A DNA stretch of 64,000 bases, taken from contig JBFWRP010000007.1 of the NCBI GenBank assembly GCA_050248855.1, positions 96,001 to 160,000 of the forward strand, given 5' to 3'. The notes beneath the pieces were generated by a model. That model saw nothing but the letters and a program-made list of their open reading frames with translations, had not been told where the DNA came from and searched no databases. A program made the position numbers and the translations under genes. How positions within the stretch are numbered: the first letter of the stretch is position 1; each line of letters opens with the position of its first letter. This document shows positions 48,978 to 57,983 of this stretch, piece after piece. The DNA is from Planctomycetota bacterium. Its GTDB lineage: Bacteria; Planctomycetota; PLA2; JAEUHO01.

Positions 48978-51896
48978 TCAGGGCAGCTGCACGTCGAGCG
49001 TGATCGTGGAGCGGCCGTCGGAATCGACCTCCGTCTCCAAGAGCGGGGGCTCGTCCCCTACGTACATGCGCTGGACGCGCACCCGGTAGCGGCCTGGGCC
49101 GAGGCCCGTGACGATTGACCTGGGGGGATCACCGTTGACTACGCTCGCGCTGGTTCGGCGATGCCCCCCCACGCCGCCACGTGTTGCCGACACGGCTAGC
49201 CACTCGGGGGTGGCCTGCGTGCCAGGACGCAGCCGTACGACCAAGGCGCCCCCGCGACCGAGCTGCACGCGCCCCAAGTCGACTCCGTCCCTCTCCACGC
49301 GCACGGAGGCCATCGTGACGGGCTCGTAGCCGAAGCGGTCGATCCGCACGGCCCAGGTGCCCGGCTCGGGAACGACGAACTCGATCTGGTCTCCGAGACG
49401 GACCACATCGACGTTCGCGTGCTCCGGCAGCTCGCCGACGGTCTTGGCCAAGGTTACCGAGTAGGGAGCACGAGGGTTGCCGCCTCCTCGGAGGAGCTCC
49501 GGCAACGGGACGTCATCACCCACCCTGAATCGAACGGAAGGCCGCTTCGCGACGAGGTGGATCTCGACGCGGCCACTCCCGGCCACATGAGTCACCACGC
49601 CGTCTGCGGCGTCCAGCAAGGGATGCCGAACCGCGAGCGAAAGGCGATGACCACGGCGCGCCCGCAGGGTGAAGGCACCGGACCGATCGACGGGCCTGGG
49701 GGACGACTTCGAGTCGCGCCCTTCCCGACGCCCGTCGGCTTCGACGGTGGCTCCCGCAACCTCGTACCCCGTCGGGACGCGGACCTGACCGGGCACAGCC
49801 ACGACATCGGAGAGGTCGAACGTAGCGCGCACGTTCTCGGGGCCCCGTCCCACCTCGAAGATCTCGCTTACCTCTCCGGAGCTGAAGTCGAGCATGCGGT
49901 AGGAACCCGCTGGCAATCCGCGGAAGCGATGGACACCGTCCTCGGCGTACCGCCCTTGCTCTGCACTCTGTGGATGCAGGAAGCCGGGCTTCGGCGAGCC
50001 GTCACGATCCACCGCGTTCAGCCTTGCCACGTAGACACCGTCAGCCGGCGGGATGACCACGACCTCGAGCTGAGGTGAGCGCTCGAGCTGGACGCGGCCG
50101 CGCCACGTACCGTCCGATCCGCGCACAGGCCGCACGCGAACCGGGGGGGCATCCTTGTCGACGGCTTGTACGCAGATCGGAACCGATCGTCCGTCTTCGC
50201 TCTCGAACCAGCGAAAGCGATAGGTGCCGTCGCCCATGTGCTCGACGGCATCGTGCCGCACGAAGCCGTACCAGCTCAGCGCGTCTTCGGGCTCCAGGGG
50301 GTAGCCCGCCGCAGAGAACGTCAACCGCTCGGACTGCACGTCCCCTCCGTCGATCGTGATCTCGTAGGGAGCCACGCGGGGCAGGACCACGTCGACGGGC
50401 TCGCCCGTCACACGGAGGTTGCGGATGATCTGCGCCGCTTGCCCGGCGCAGCGCCAGCCCAACCGAACGTCCGCGGCGTCGAACGCATCGAACCTTGCTT
50501 CGCCACGCTGGTCGGAGGTCGCGGTGGACTGGGTCTTCCCATCGACCCAGAGCGTGAAGGCCTGGTCTACCGCCGGTCGTCCGTCGGGCCAGAGGGCCCG
50601 GATCGTCAGTCGTGGAGCCTGAACGAATCGCGTCGGCTGGCCATCGGCTCGCACGCTCCAGGGCGCGTAGCAGCCATCACTGGCGGTGACCACGCCCTGG
50701 TCATCGCCTGGCCGCAACGGGCCCACGCACAGCACGCCTTCCTCGATCCACGCGCGCGGCTCCGGCCCGAGCCAAGCCTCGTCGATCCGGCTCCTCGTGA
50801 CCGAGAGGGCGGTGTCGGCAGCAGGTGCGTCGCCGTTCAGGGGGAAGCGCAGCGTGACGGAGGCGCGGAGGCGCACGACAACCTCGTCGGCATCTGGCGG
50901 GATGGGGACCTGAAGCCAGCCGATGCCACCGGAGTTCCGCTGCAGGGCCTCCGACCAGACGACCACGCTCGCCCGCGCACCCGAGATGCACTCGACGATC
51001 GCCTCGCCCTCCTCGTTCGTCAGCGAGCTTGGAACCGGAGGCAACATGCCGGGCCCCCGGGGCGGTGGCTGGAGCGGGGAGCCCACGAGGACCTCGGCGC
51101 CAGGAACAGGCTCGTCGCTCTCGTCGGCAAGGACGTGCACGCGCACGTGCCTCAGCGGCTTGAGCTCCACCTCGAGCTCCTGCGATGCGGGGACCCTGCC
51201 GATCGCGAAGCCGCGCTGCCCGTCCGGACCCCGAGCCAAGGCAAGGACATTGCCTTCGACGACACGTAGCCCACGCACGACGCCGTCGGCGGACGTGGTT
51301 CCTCGCGCCCAGTACTCCGTCCCCCCCATGGACACCAGGACTTCGGCGCCCTCCACGGCGCGTGCTTCCAGAACCACACGCACGTCCATGCCACCGGTCT
51401 TGCCCAACCTGACGTTCGGCAGCCGCCAGCGCGAGGGCATGAGGTGCCCTAGCGGCGCAAGCTGCTCGTGCTCTTGGTCACCTTGCCGGAATCGCAGCTT
51501 CGCGAGCACCGACGTGCGGGGCCGGGCTGCGGGCGGCATCTCGTAGCGACCCGCAGCGTCGGTCTTCGTCTCCACCGTCGGCCCCCCGTCCCAGGAGAGC
51601 GCGACATCGACTTCCGTCGGTTCCCACGGGTCGGCGCAAGTCACCCAGCCGAAGTAGACGACGTCGCCTGACGTGGCCACCGGTGCAGGGACACTCGCTG
51701 GATCGAAGGGATGCTCCCGCAGGCCTGGCTCGGATCGGTCGCCTCCACCGGTGAGCCCGGGGGAACCGGCGGCCGGAGGGCCATCGGGCCCGGGGGCAAG
51801 GGCGGGAGCTGGCGCGGACGTTTCGCATGTCCCCCACCACGCGATCGCCCCGCCAGCCATCAGCACCAAGAGCAGCCAGATCGAGCGGTTCCTCAT
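48978..51896 (-). CDS. Membrane-anchored carboxypeptidase-regulatory-like repeat protein
   Basis: N-terminal TM helix; repeated TDAAGRY, PVPGAEVLV, GLPAGSY, GLGPGRY units. Confidence 0.75.
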   Translation of the reverse strand: MRNRSIWLLLVLMAGGAIAWWGTCETSAPAPALAPGPDGPPAAGSPGLTGGGDRSEPGLREHPFDPASVPAPVATSGDVVYFGWVTCADPWEPTEVDVALSWDGGPTVETKTDAAGRYEMPPAARPRTSVLAKLRFRQGDQEHEQLAPLGHLMPSRWRLPNVRLGKTGGMDVRVVLEARAVEGAEVLVSMGGTEYWARGTTSADGVVRGLRVVEGNVLALARGPDGQRGFAIGRVPASQELEVELKPLRHVRVHVLADESDEPVPGAEVLVGSPLQPPPRGPGMLPPVPSSLTNEEGEAIVECISGARASVVVWSEALQRNSGGIGWLQVPIPPDADEVVVRLRASVTLRFPLNGDAPAADTALSVTRSRIDEAWLGPEPRAWIEEGVLCVGPLRPGDDQGVVTASDGCYAPWSVRADGQPTRFVQAPRLTIRALWPDGRPAVDQAFTLWVDGKTQSTATSDQRGEARFDAFDAADVRLGWRCAGQAAQIIRNLRVTGEPVDVVLPRVAPYEITIDGGDVQSERLTFSAAGYPLEPEDALSWYGFVRHDAVEHMGDGTYRFRWFESEDGRSVPICVQAVDKDAPPVRVRPVRGSDGTWRGRVQLERSPQLEVVVIPPADGVYVARLNAVDRDGSPKPGFLHPQSAEQGRYAEDGVHRFRGLPAGSYRMLDFSSGEVSEIFEVGRGPENVRATFDLSDVVAVPGQVRVPTGYEVAGATVEADGRREGRDSKSSPRPVDRSGAFTLRARRGHRLSLAVRHPLLDAADGVVTHVAGSGRVEIHLVAKRPSVRFRVGDDVPLPELLRGGGNPRAPYSVTLAKTVGELPEHANVDVVRLGDQIEFVVPEPGTWAVRIDRFGYEPVTMASVRVERDGVDLGRVQLGRGGALVVRLRPGTQATPEWLAVSATRGGVGGHRRTSASVVNGDPPRSIVTGLGPGRYRVRVQRMYVGDEPPLLETEVDSDGRSTITLDVQLP

Positions 51897-51947
51897 GCGC
51901 GCCCCTCATCGCGAGCATCGAGGCGAGCGCCGGCCGCAGACGACATG

Positions 51948-53435
51948 TCAGTGCGTCTCGATCATCAGGAGTCGTGCCTTGCCGGGGAGCGGGGGCGCGA
52001 CCGCGGCCATGGCAAGTCCCTCCGCGTGGACGCGTGGCATCGTCGTGTACGGGTGCAGAAGGGGCACCACGAAGCGGCGATCCAGCGGAGCCTCCAAACG
52101 CGTCGTCGCGATGCACCGTCGGCTCTGGGTAATGGCGGCATCCAGGCCAGCGTTTTGCCTGCTCCACCCCCCCAAGACAGCGGCGCCCACCTGACTGGGC
52201 GTGTACTCCACGGCCCAGGCGCTTGCCGGGACGTCCCAAACGACACGAACCTGCTGGATGAGGCGGTGATCGAGCACGATCGGATCTGTTTCGGCCTCAA
52301 GGAGACCGAGGCCGTGGGTGGAATCGAACAGCGTGTAGTCAACGACCGTTTCGAAGCCAGCCTCGAGCATGCGACGTTGGAACATGTCCCAATCCAAGCT
52401 GCGCCGCAGTTCGTTCGCGTGCGCCAAGAACTCGTCGTAGCCCTTCTGCGATGCCGGAAAGTCGCGACCCGCACCCTGCCAAGGCGCCGTCGCACGACTC
52501 ATGCGGGGACGCGGGGGCCCGTTCCACCTACCCGGTCCGTAGCGCGCACCGCGGTCGTAGGTCTCGAGCGGTCGAACGAGCAGGCGAAGCTGGGTGGGCT
52601 CGGGATCCGCCAGGACATGCGCCACCAAAGAGACCGGTTCTCGTGTTGTGCCGTGGATCATGACGCGCCCCGGCGTGTCGCGCAGCACGGTCAGGCCCTC
52701 CAGGCCGTGCGCACGAATGAACGAGCGCAGGCGCGCCAGAGCCTCCAGCGTGAACGACTCGCGCGTGGCCTGTGGCCCGCCGATACCGGCCGCCAGACCG
52801 GCCTCGACGTCCAGCTCGAAGTGCATGGTCACCGCGGGCCCCGCCTCGAGCGGAGGACCGAGGATCTCAGGACGTCCCGGCGGCATCATCACAAGCTGGG
52901 TTGGTGAAGCAGGCAGCCGTGCACCCTGCGGCGTGGCCGCCGCCACCACGGCCAGCTGCGATGGGACGCCCTGCCGCCGCACCGAGAGGACCACCACGAC
53001 ACGGCGACCGGGACCCGACGCTGGCTCGGTCTGCAGCGAGGCGGCGGAGACGTCCGCGAGCTCGGTCAGCCCGTCTGGATCGTGCAAGAGCGCGGCAGCC
53101 GCTTCGATCTCGTGTTGCACGGCGCGTCGCAGCATCCCCTCATGCACCTGCCAGCCACCATCGCGATCGATCTTGCTCATCCAAACATCGGCGTCACGGC
53201 CGCGCCCGTTCGCCCGTTCGCGCGTCTGCCACGCGCGGGCCAGGGCTTCGTCGGGAAGGAACGGCCAGAGCGGCCGGGGATCGCGGGCTCGGATCGCTTG
53301 GAACCAGGCCTGCCCGTAGGCCTTCAGGGACGCCTCGTCGATCGCGGACGACGGATTCGTGGATGCCGGTGCACCACACGACGCCGCGGCCATCGCAACC
53401 GCCACGATCGCGAGACGTGCCTTCAGGCCCCGCAT
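51948..53435 (-). CDS. SecD P1-like domain lipoprotein, paralog 2
   Basis: GAGGAGG RBS; lipobox AASC; shares AYGQAWF, TPQG.R.P, APWQGAG..FPA, LLEAE and W...N.GL..A with the other two paralogs. Confidence 0.7.
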   Translation of the reverse strand: MRGLKARLAIVAVAMAAASCGAPASTNPSSAIDEASLKAYGQAWFQAIRARDPRPLWPFLPDEALARAWQTRERANGRGRDADVWMSKIDRDGGWQVHEGMLRRAVQHEIEAAAALLHDPDGLTELADVSAASLQTEPASGPGRRVVVVLSVRRQGVPSQLAVVAAATPQGARLPASPTQLVMMPPGRPEILGPPLEAGPAVTMHFELDVEAGLAAGIGGPQATRESFTLEALARLRSFIRAHGLEGLTVLRDTPGRVMIHGTTREPVSLVAHVLADPEPTQLRLLVRPLETYDRGARYGPGRWNGPPRPRMSRATAPWQGAGRDFPASQKGYDEFLAHANELRRSLDWDMFQRRMLEAGFETVVDYTLFDSTHGLGLLEAETDPIVLDHRLIQQVRVVWDVPASAWAVEYTPSQVGAAVLGGWSRQNAGLDAAITQSRRCIATTRLEAPLDRRFVVPLLHPYTTMPRVHAEGLAMAAVAPPLPGKARLLMIETH

Positions 53436-53471
53436 CCAAGCCTCCTCGTAGGTCGCCAGCATAGGGCTATC

Positions 53472-53525
53472 GGCGGCGGGGTTCCGCCGCCTGGGCGGGT
53501 GGCGGGGCGGCGGAACCCCGCCGCC
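53472..53525. repeat. Double GC hairpin element, copy B (perfect 20-bp inverted repeat)
   Basis: GGCGGCGGGGTTCCGCCGCC (53472-53491) and its exact reverse complement (53506-53525). Confidence 0.8.
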
Positions 53526-53618
53526 CAGGCGTTACGCCAGGGATACGGAAACTGTCCGGACGTTCGGACAACTTTGGTCCCGGGTGGCCTGGAAATCAGG
53601 GCTCTCCGGGCGATGACG

Positions 53619-55082
53619 TCAGCGGGTCTCGACCGCGCGGAGCATCAGCGGGATCGGGGCGAGGGGGCCCATCAGCTCGATGGCGAAGACGCGAGCCTCG
53701 TGCAGCGCTCGCGCGCGATCGCCGCCCATCGAGACCTGCACGGTGTCGCGCAAGTGAGCGTGGATGGTGTACGCCCGACGCCAGGTGCCGTCGATCACGG
53801 CGGCCATCGACAAGCCGACGTTGGCGCCCGTCCACGCGGTGAACGCGTCCTGGGCGTCGGCGCGGACGCGGTAGACCACCGTCGGCATGTAGGACGTGGG
53901 GTCCGTGGACACGTGGACGTCTTCGAAGATGTCCGTGGTCAGCACACGCTTCCCCTTGCGCGCCTCGAGCAGATGGGCCTGGGCCGCCGACGGCGGCGAC
54001 ACCGTGCTCTCGAACACGAGGTCGTAGCGCGGGTCGCTGGGTTGGTACATCTGACCGACGGCACGCGCGTTCTTGAAGCGCTCGACCTCGCGAGCAACGT
54101 AGGCATCGAAGCCCGCCTGGGTCGCCGGGAACTCGTCACCGGCCCCCTGCCATGGCGCGGCCTCGGGCAACAGGCGAGGCGTGATCTCAGCGTCGGGCGT
54201 GGCACGATGCGCCGTCAGCTCTTCGAGCGGACGGACCTCGATGCGCAGCTCGGCCGGCATGCGGGCGGCGAACGCCGCCTGCAGATAGAGAAGTGCGGCG
54301 GGATCCGAGCCCGTCACGAGCAGGCCGACGCCCGCGTCACCACGGACGTCGACGCCCTTGAGCTGGAGGACGTCGATTCGCTTGGCGACGGATGCCGCAA
54401 GAGCCGCGAGAGCCTCCTCGTCGCTCGCCTCATGGGGCGCCAGCCCTTGCTGGCGTACGGCATCGGCGCGGGCGTGGATGCGCACGGCGAACACGGGTGC
54501 AGCCGGAGCAGCGCCGGGCACGTCGCCGGCTTCGAGGAAGGTCGCAGCGACGATGTCCGCGAGCGGAATGCGCGGGCCGTCGGGTGTAGGTGTAACGGGC
54601 GCCCGCAAGACCCGCTTCGTGTCACCCGTACCCACGGAGACGTCCACGAAGCGCGTCTGTAGGGGGCCCTGGTGCCCACCGAGGGGCCCGCTCAGCACGA
54701 CGGTCCGTCGGGAGTGCCACCACTGCACGTGCTGCGTGTCGCCCAAGGCGAGGACGCGCGACTGCAGACCCTCACGGTTGCGTTGGGCCAGAGCCTCCCA
54801 TCCTCCGCTTGCCTGCACGAGCGCGCGCAGCCGTGCGAGCTGGTCCGCCCACTGGGTCCCCTCGAGCTCGCGGGCTGCGGCCTCCCCCTCGGCTGCGCTC
54901 TGCAGGTACGCCGAGAGCTTGCTCGGATCGCGGCTCTTGACCGCCTCGAACCACGCTTGGCCATAGGCTTGCACCGAGCTCTCGTCGAGCGTCGTCCAGG
55001 AGTCGCCACGCGCCTGCCTCACGCTCGACACGAGGACCGTCGCGACCAGCACCCCGAAGACGACTCTCGTCACTCCACGCAT
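53619..55082 (-). CDS. Exported SecD P1-like domain protein, paralog 3
   Basis: Signal peptide; SVAKRIDVLQLKGVDVR resembles the SecD P1 base; PTVVY...F..WTGANVG..MAAVIDG...EAR..A..L.GPL.P.PL resembles the P1 head. Confidence 0.75.
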   Translation of the reverse strand: MRGVTRVVFGVLVATVLVSSVRQARGDSWTTLDESSVQAYGQAWFEAVKSRDPSKLSAYLQSAAEGEAAARELEGTQWADQLARLRALVQASGGWEALAQRNREGLQSRVLALGDTQHVQWWHSRRTVVLSGPLGGHQGPLQTRFVDVSVGTGDTKRVLRAPVTPTPDGPRIPLADIVAATFLEAGDVPGAAPAAPVFAVRIHARADAVRQQGLAPHEASDEEALAALAASVAKRIDVLQLKGVDVRGDAGVGLLVTGSDPAALLYLQAAFAARMPAELRIEVRPLEELTAHRATPDAEITPRLLPEAAPWQGAGDEFPATQAGFDAYVAREVERFKNARAVGQMYQPSDPRYDLVFESTVSPPSAAQAHLLEARKGKRVLTTDIFEDVHVSTDPTSYMPTVVYRVRADAQDAFTAWTGANVGLSMAAVIDGTWRRAYTIHAHLRDTVQVSMGGDRARALHEARVFAIELMGPLAPIPLMLRAVETR

Positions 55083-55137
55083 GGGACCTCCCTTCGGGTC
55101 CCCGTCAGGCTACGTCACCCAGGGGCGCCCCCGGGGT

Positions 55138-56562
55138 TCATGCCGGCGCGGCGAGCAGCTCCTGGGCCGCGCGCTCGCCGGCGCGCCAGCCGGTGGCAGC
55201 GGAGGCGCTGAAGGCGACGCCCCCGAAGACATTGCCGGCCAAGTGGAGCGGAGCCACGCGGCGTGAAGCGCGCTCGAGGTCGGCGTGGGCGGTCGCGGCG
55301 CGGTCGCGGTGGCCGATCGCGTACTGCGGAATGGCGTGGACCCAGGGCTTGGTGTGGCGGAAGACGGGCGGTGTCCGCAGACCGAAGAGGCGCATCACTT
55401 CGCTCACGGCGATGTCCTCGACCTCTTGCACGGACAGGGTCGTGATGCGCGGATCCGTTGCGCCCCCCAGCATCACGCGCAGGAGCAACGTGCCGGGCGC
55501 GCTCCGCCCGGGGAACACGTGCGTGTCCTCCAACACGCCCAGCATGCGGTAGCCCTCGTCGCGGGGAACGAGCGCGCCGAAGCCGACGGGACACCGGGCC
55601 AGGGCCTCCGCGCCGAAGCCGAGCGCCACCACGTGAAGCGGTGGATGGCGGATCTCGGCCAACGCGCGGCTGGCGTCCGGGGCAAAGGACTCCATCAGCG
55701 GGGCCGCCGCCCAGCCCTCCGTCGCGAGCACGACGGCGTGGGCGTCGAGCGACGTGCCGTCGGCGAGACCAACGCGCCAGAGGCCCTCGCTCCCGGGCAC
55801 GAGAGCGGCCACCTCGGCGTGCGTACGCACCTCGATGCCACCGGCACGCGCCAAGGCCCGCGGCAGGCTCTGCAGGCCGTCCGCGAACGACGTCAGGACG
55901 CCCGACGGTCCCATCGGGCCGCCGCTGACCGTGCCCGCCGCCTTCGCGGCCTTGCGCTTGGCCGCAAGCGCCTTGAAGAGCGAGCCATGCTGGCGCTCCA
56001 TCTCGCGCATGCGCGGGAACGCCGCCGCGAGCGAGAGGTGCCGCGGGTCGCCGGCATGCACGCCGCTCACCATGGGCCCGACCAAGCGCGTGGCGGCTTG
56101 GCGTCCCAGACGGCGCACCGCGAAGTCGTGGACGCTCTCGTCGACGTCACCTTCGAGCGGCTTCACCCAACGCTCGCGGATCAGGCGCAGCAACCCGAGC
56201 GGCGAAAGGACACCACTCATGGCGAAGGCCAGCGGGTGGGGCTTGAGCTCGCGCGGGCGCCCCCCGCGCACGACGTAGCGTCGCGCGGCCGCGGCTCGCG
56301 CGGGCAGCTTCTGCAAACCGGCGAGGGTGGCGAGCCGGTCCAGGATCGGCTCGTTGTCGAGGAAGCCGGTCGGCCCCTCCTCGACCAGCCAAGCACCTTC
56401 GCGACGGCTCGAGGCCTTGCCGCCCACGTCACGCGCCCGCTCCAGCAGCAGCACCTCGATGTCGCCGCGACGGCCCGCGCGCTCGAGGGCGGACGCGGCC
56501 GCGTGGGCCGCCGCGAGGCCCGAGATGCCTCCGCCGACGACCACGAGGCGTCGCCCGGTCAT
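55138..56562 (-). CDS. hemY: Protoporphyrinogen/coproporphyrinogen oxidase (HemY type)
   Basis: VVGGGISGLAAA FAD motif, EEGP, DESV..F..RRLG, GVHAGDP..LS, AIPQY.IGH. Confidence 0.93.
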   Translation of the reverse strand: MTGRRLVVVGGGISGLAAAHAAASALERAGRRGDIEVLLLERARDVGGKASSRREGAWLVEEGPTGFLDNEPILDRLATLAGLQKLPARAAAARRYVVRGGRPRELKPHPLAFAMSGVLSPLGLLRLIRERWVKPLEGDVDESVHDFAVRRLGRQAATRLVGPMVSGVHAGDPRHLSLAAAFPRMREMERQHGSLFKALAAKRKAAKAAGTVSGGPMGPSGVLTSFADGLQSLPRALARAGGIEVRTHAEVAALVPGSEGLWRVGLADGTSLDAHAVVLATEGWAAAPLMESFAPDASRALAEIRHPPLHVVALGFGAEALARCPVGFGALVPRDEGYRMLGVLEDTHVFPGRSAPGTLLLRVMLGGATDPRITTLSVQEVEDIAVSEVMRLFGLRTPPVFRHTKPWVHAIPQYAIGHRDRAATAHADLERASRRVAPLHLAGNVFGGVAFSASAATGWRAGERAAQELLAAPA

Positions 56563-57983
56563 CAGACCGTCCGGCTGAAGACGGGCTTGTCACCGCCCTC
56601 GTGGCGTTCGCGCCAGTAGCGGTCGAAGCACATGGCCAGGTTGCGCAAGAACATCGTTCCGAGCGGCGTGGCGCGCACCTCCGTGTCGTCGACGTGGGCC
56701 AACCCCTCGTCCACGAGCGGCGCCAAGCGCGCGAGGTCCTCGGCGAAGGTCGTCGCGAAGTCGACCGCGAAGCGCTGCTCGACGTCGCGGATGTCGACGC
56801 GCGTATTGCACATCAGCTCCTGGATCACGTGGCGGCGCAGGAGGTCGTCCGGGCTGGCGATCACGCCGCGGTAGACGGGCAGCTGGCCGGACTCCACGGC
56901 CGTTCGCCACGCGGGGAGCTTCTTCTCGTTCTGGAAGTAGCCGCCCTCCACATCGCCGATGGACGACACGCCCAGGCCCACCACCGTGTCGCCGGCAACC
57001 ACGGTGTAGCCCTGGAAGTTGCGGCGCAGGCGCCCTTCGCGCTTGGCCCGGGCCAGCTCGTCGTCGGGCTGGGCGAAGTGGTCCATGCCGATCGGCTCGT
57101 AGCCGGCCCCCAGGAAGCGCTCGCGGGCCAAGGCGAACAGATCGAGCTTGGTGGCGGCATCGGGCAGGTCGTCGGGGTGCAACGTCTTCTGGTGGCCGCG
57201 GATCCACGGCACGAACGCGAACGAGTAGACCGCGCTGCGGTCCACGCCGAGCGCGAGGACCTCGTCCACCGTCTGCTCGAAGGTCTCGGGCTGCTGGTAG
57301 GGAAGGCCGTAGATCAAGTCCACGTTGACGCCGCGAAACCCCAGCTCGCGCGCCGCCTCCACGATGGCGCGCGTCTGTTCGACGCTCTGGATGCGCTCGA
57401 CCGCCTCCTGCACCTTGGGCGTGAAGTCCTGGACGCCGAGGGAGATGCGGTTGAAGCCGTGCCCGGCGAGCACCTCCAGGTGCTCGCGCGAGGTGACGCG
57501 CGGGTCGACTTCCACGGCCAGCTCGGCGTCCGCGCCACGCGTGAAGTGCCGGAACAGGCCGGTGAGCAGGCGATCCAGCTCGGCGGGCGCCGAGTACGTC
57601 GGTGTACCGCCACCCAGGTGCACCTGCCCCAGCACACGACGCCGGGGCAGATGGCGGGCCAGCAGCGCTGCCTCCTGCAGGACCGTGTCCACGTACGGGC
57701 TGGAGAGCTCCTTCTTCGGCGTCACGAACACGTGGCAACCACAGAAGAGGCAGCGGTGCTCGCAGAACGGCAGATGGACGTAGAGCGAGAGCGGCTCGTC
57801 GGCCTTGGCATCCGCGGCGGCCAGATGCCTCTCGTAGGTGCCGGGCTCGAGCTCCTCGTGGAACTCGACCGCGGTCGGGTAGCTCGTGTAGCGCGGCCCC
57901 GGCCGGTCGTGGCGGGCCAGGAGCGCAGCGATCTCGCCACGCTCGCCGGGACCGTGGCGGGACAGGGCGTCCTCGGTTCTCAT
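56562..57983 (-). CDS. hemN: Oxygen-independent coproporphyrinogen III oxidase
   Basis: GPRYTSYPTA, YVHLPFCEHRCLFCGC, GGGTPT, IGMDHFA, RNFQGY. Confidence 0.96.
   Translation of the reverse strand: MRTEDALSRHGPGERGEIAALLARHDRPGPRYTSYPTAVEFHEELEPGTYERHLAAADAKADEPLSLYVHLPFCEHRCLFCGCHVFVTPKKELSSPYVDTVLQEAALLARHLPRRRVLGQVHLGGGTPTYSAPAELDRLLTGLFRHFTRGADAELAVEVDPRVTSREHLEVLAGHGFNRISLGVQDFTPKVQEAVERIQSVEQTRAIVEAARELGFRGVNVDLIYGLPYQQPETFEQTVDEVLALGVDRSAVYSFAFVPWIRGHQKTLHPDDLPDAATKLDLFALARERFLGAGYEPIGMDHFAQPDDELARAKREGRLRRNFQGYTVVAGDTVVGLGVSSIGDVEGGYFQNEKKLPAWRTAVESGQLPVYRGVIASPDDLLRRHVIQELMCNTRVDIRDVEQRFAVDFATTFAEDLARLAPLVDEGLAHVDDTEVRATPLGTMFLRNLAMCFDRYWRERHEGGDKPVFSRTV

Noticed and set aside
47331..55082. 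SecD-like genes as frameshifted secD pseudogenes
   Set aside because: All three end at the same aligned residue, have export signals and an extra shared N-terminal domain, and no SecD TM-coding sequence follows them.
56562..57983. Radical SAM gene as HemW chaperone or RiPP maturase
   Set aside because: It has the HemN-specific PRYTSYPTA N-terminus and RNFQGY, and lies between hemE and hemY.
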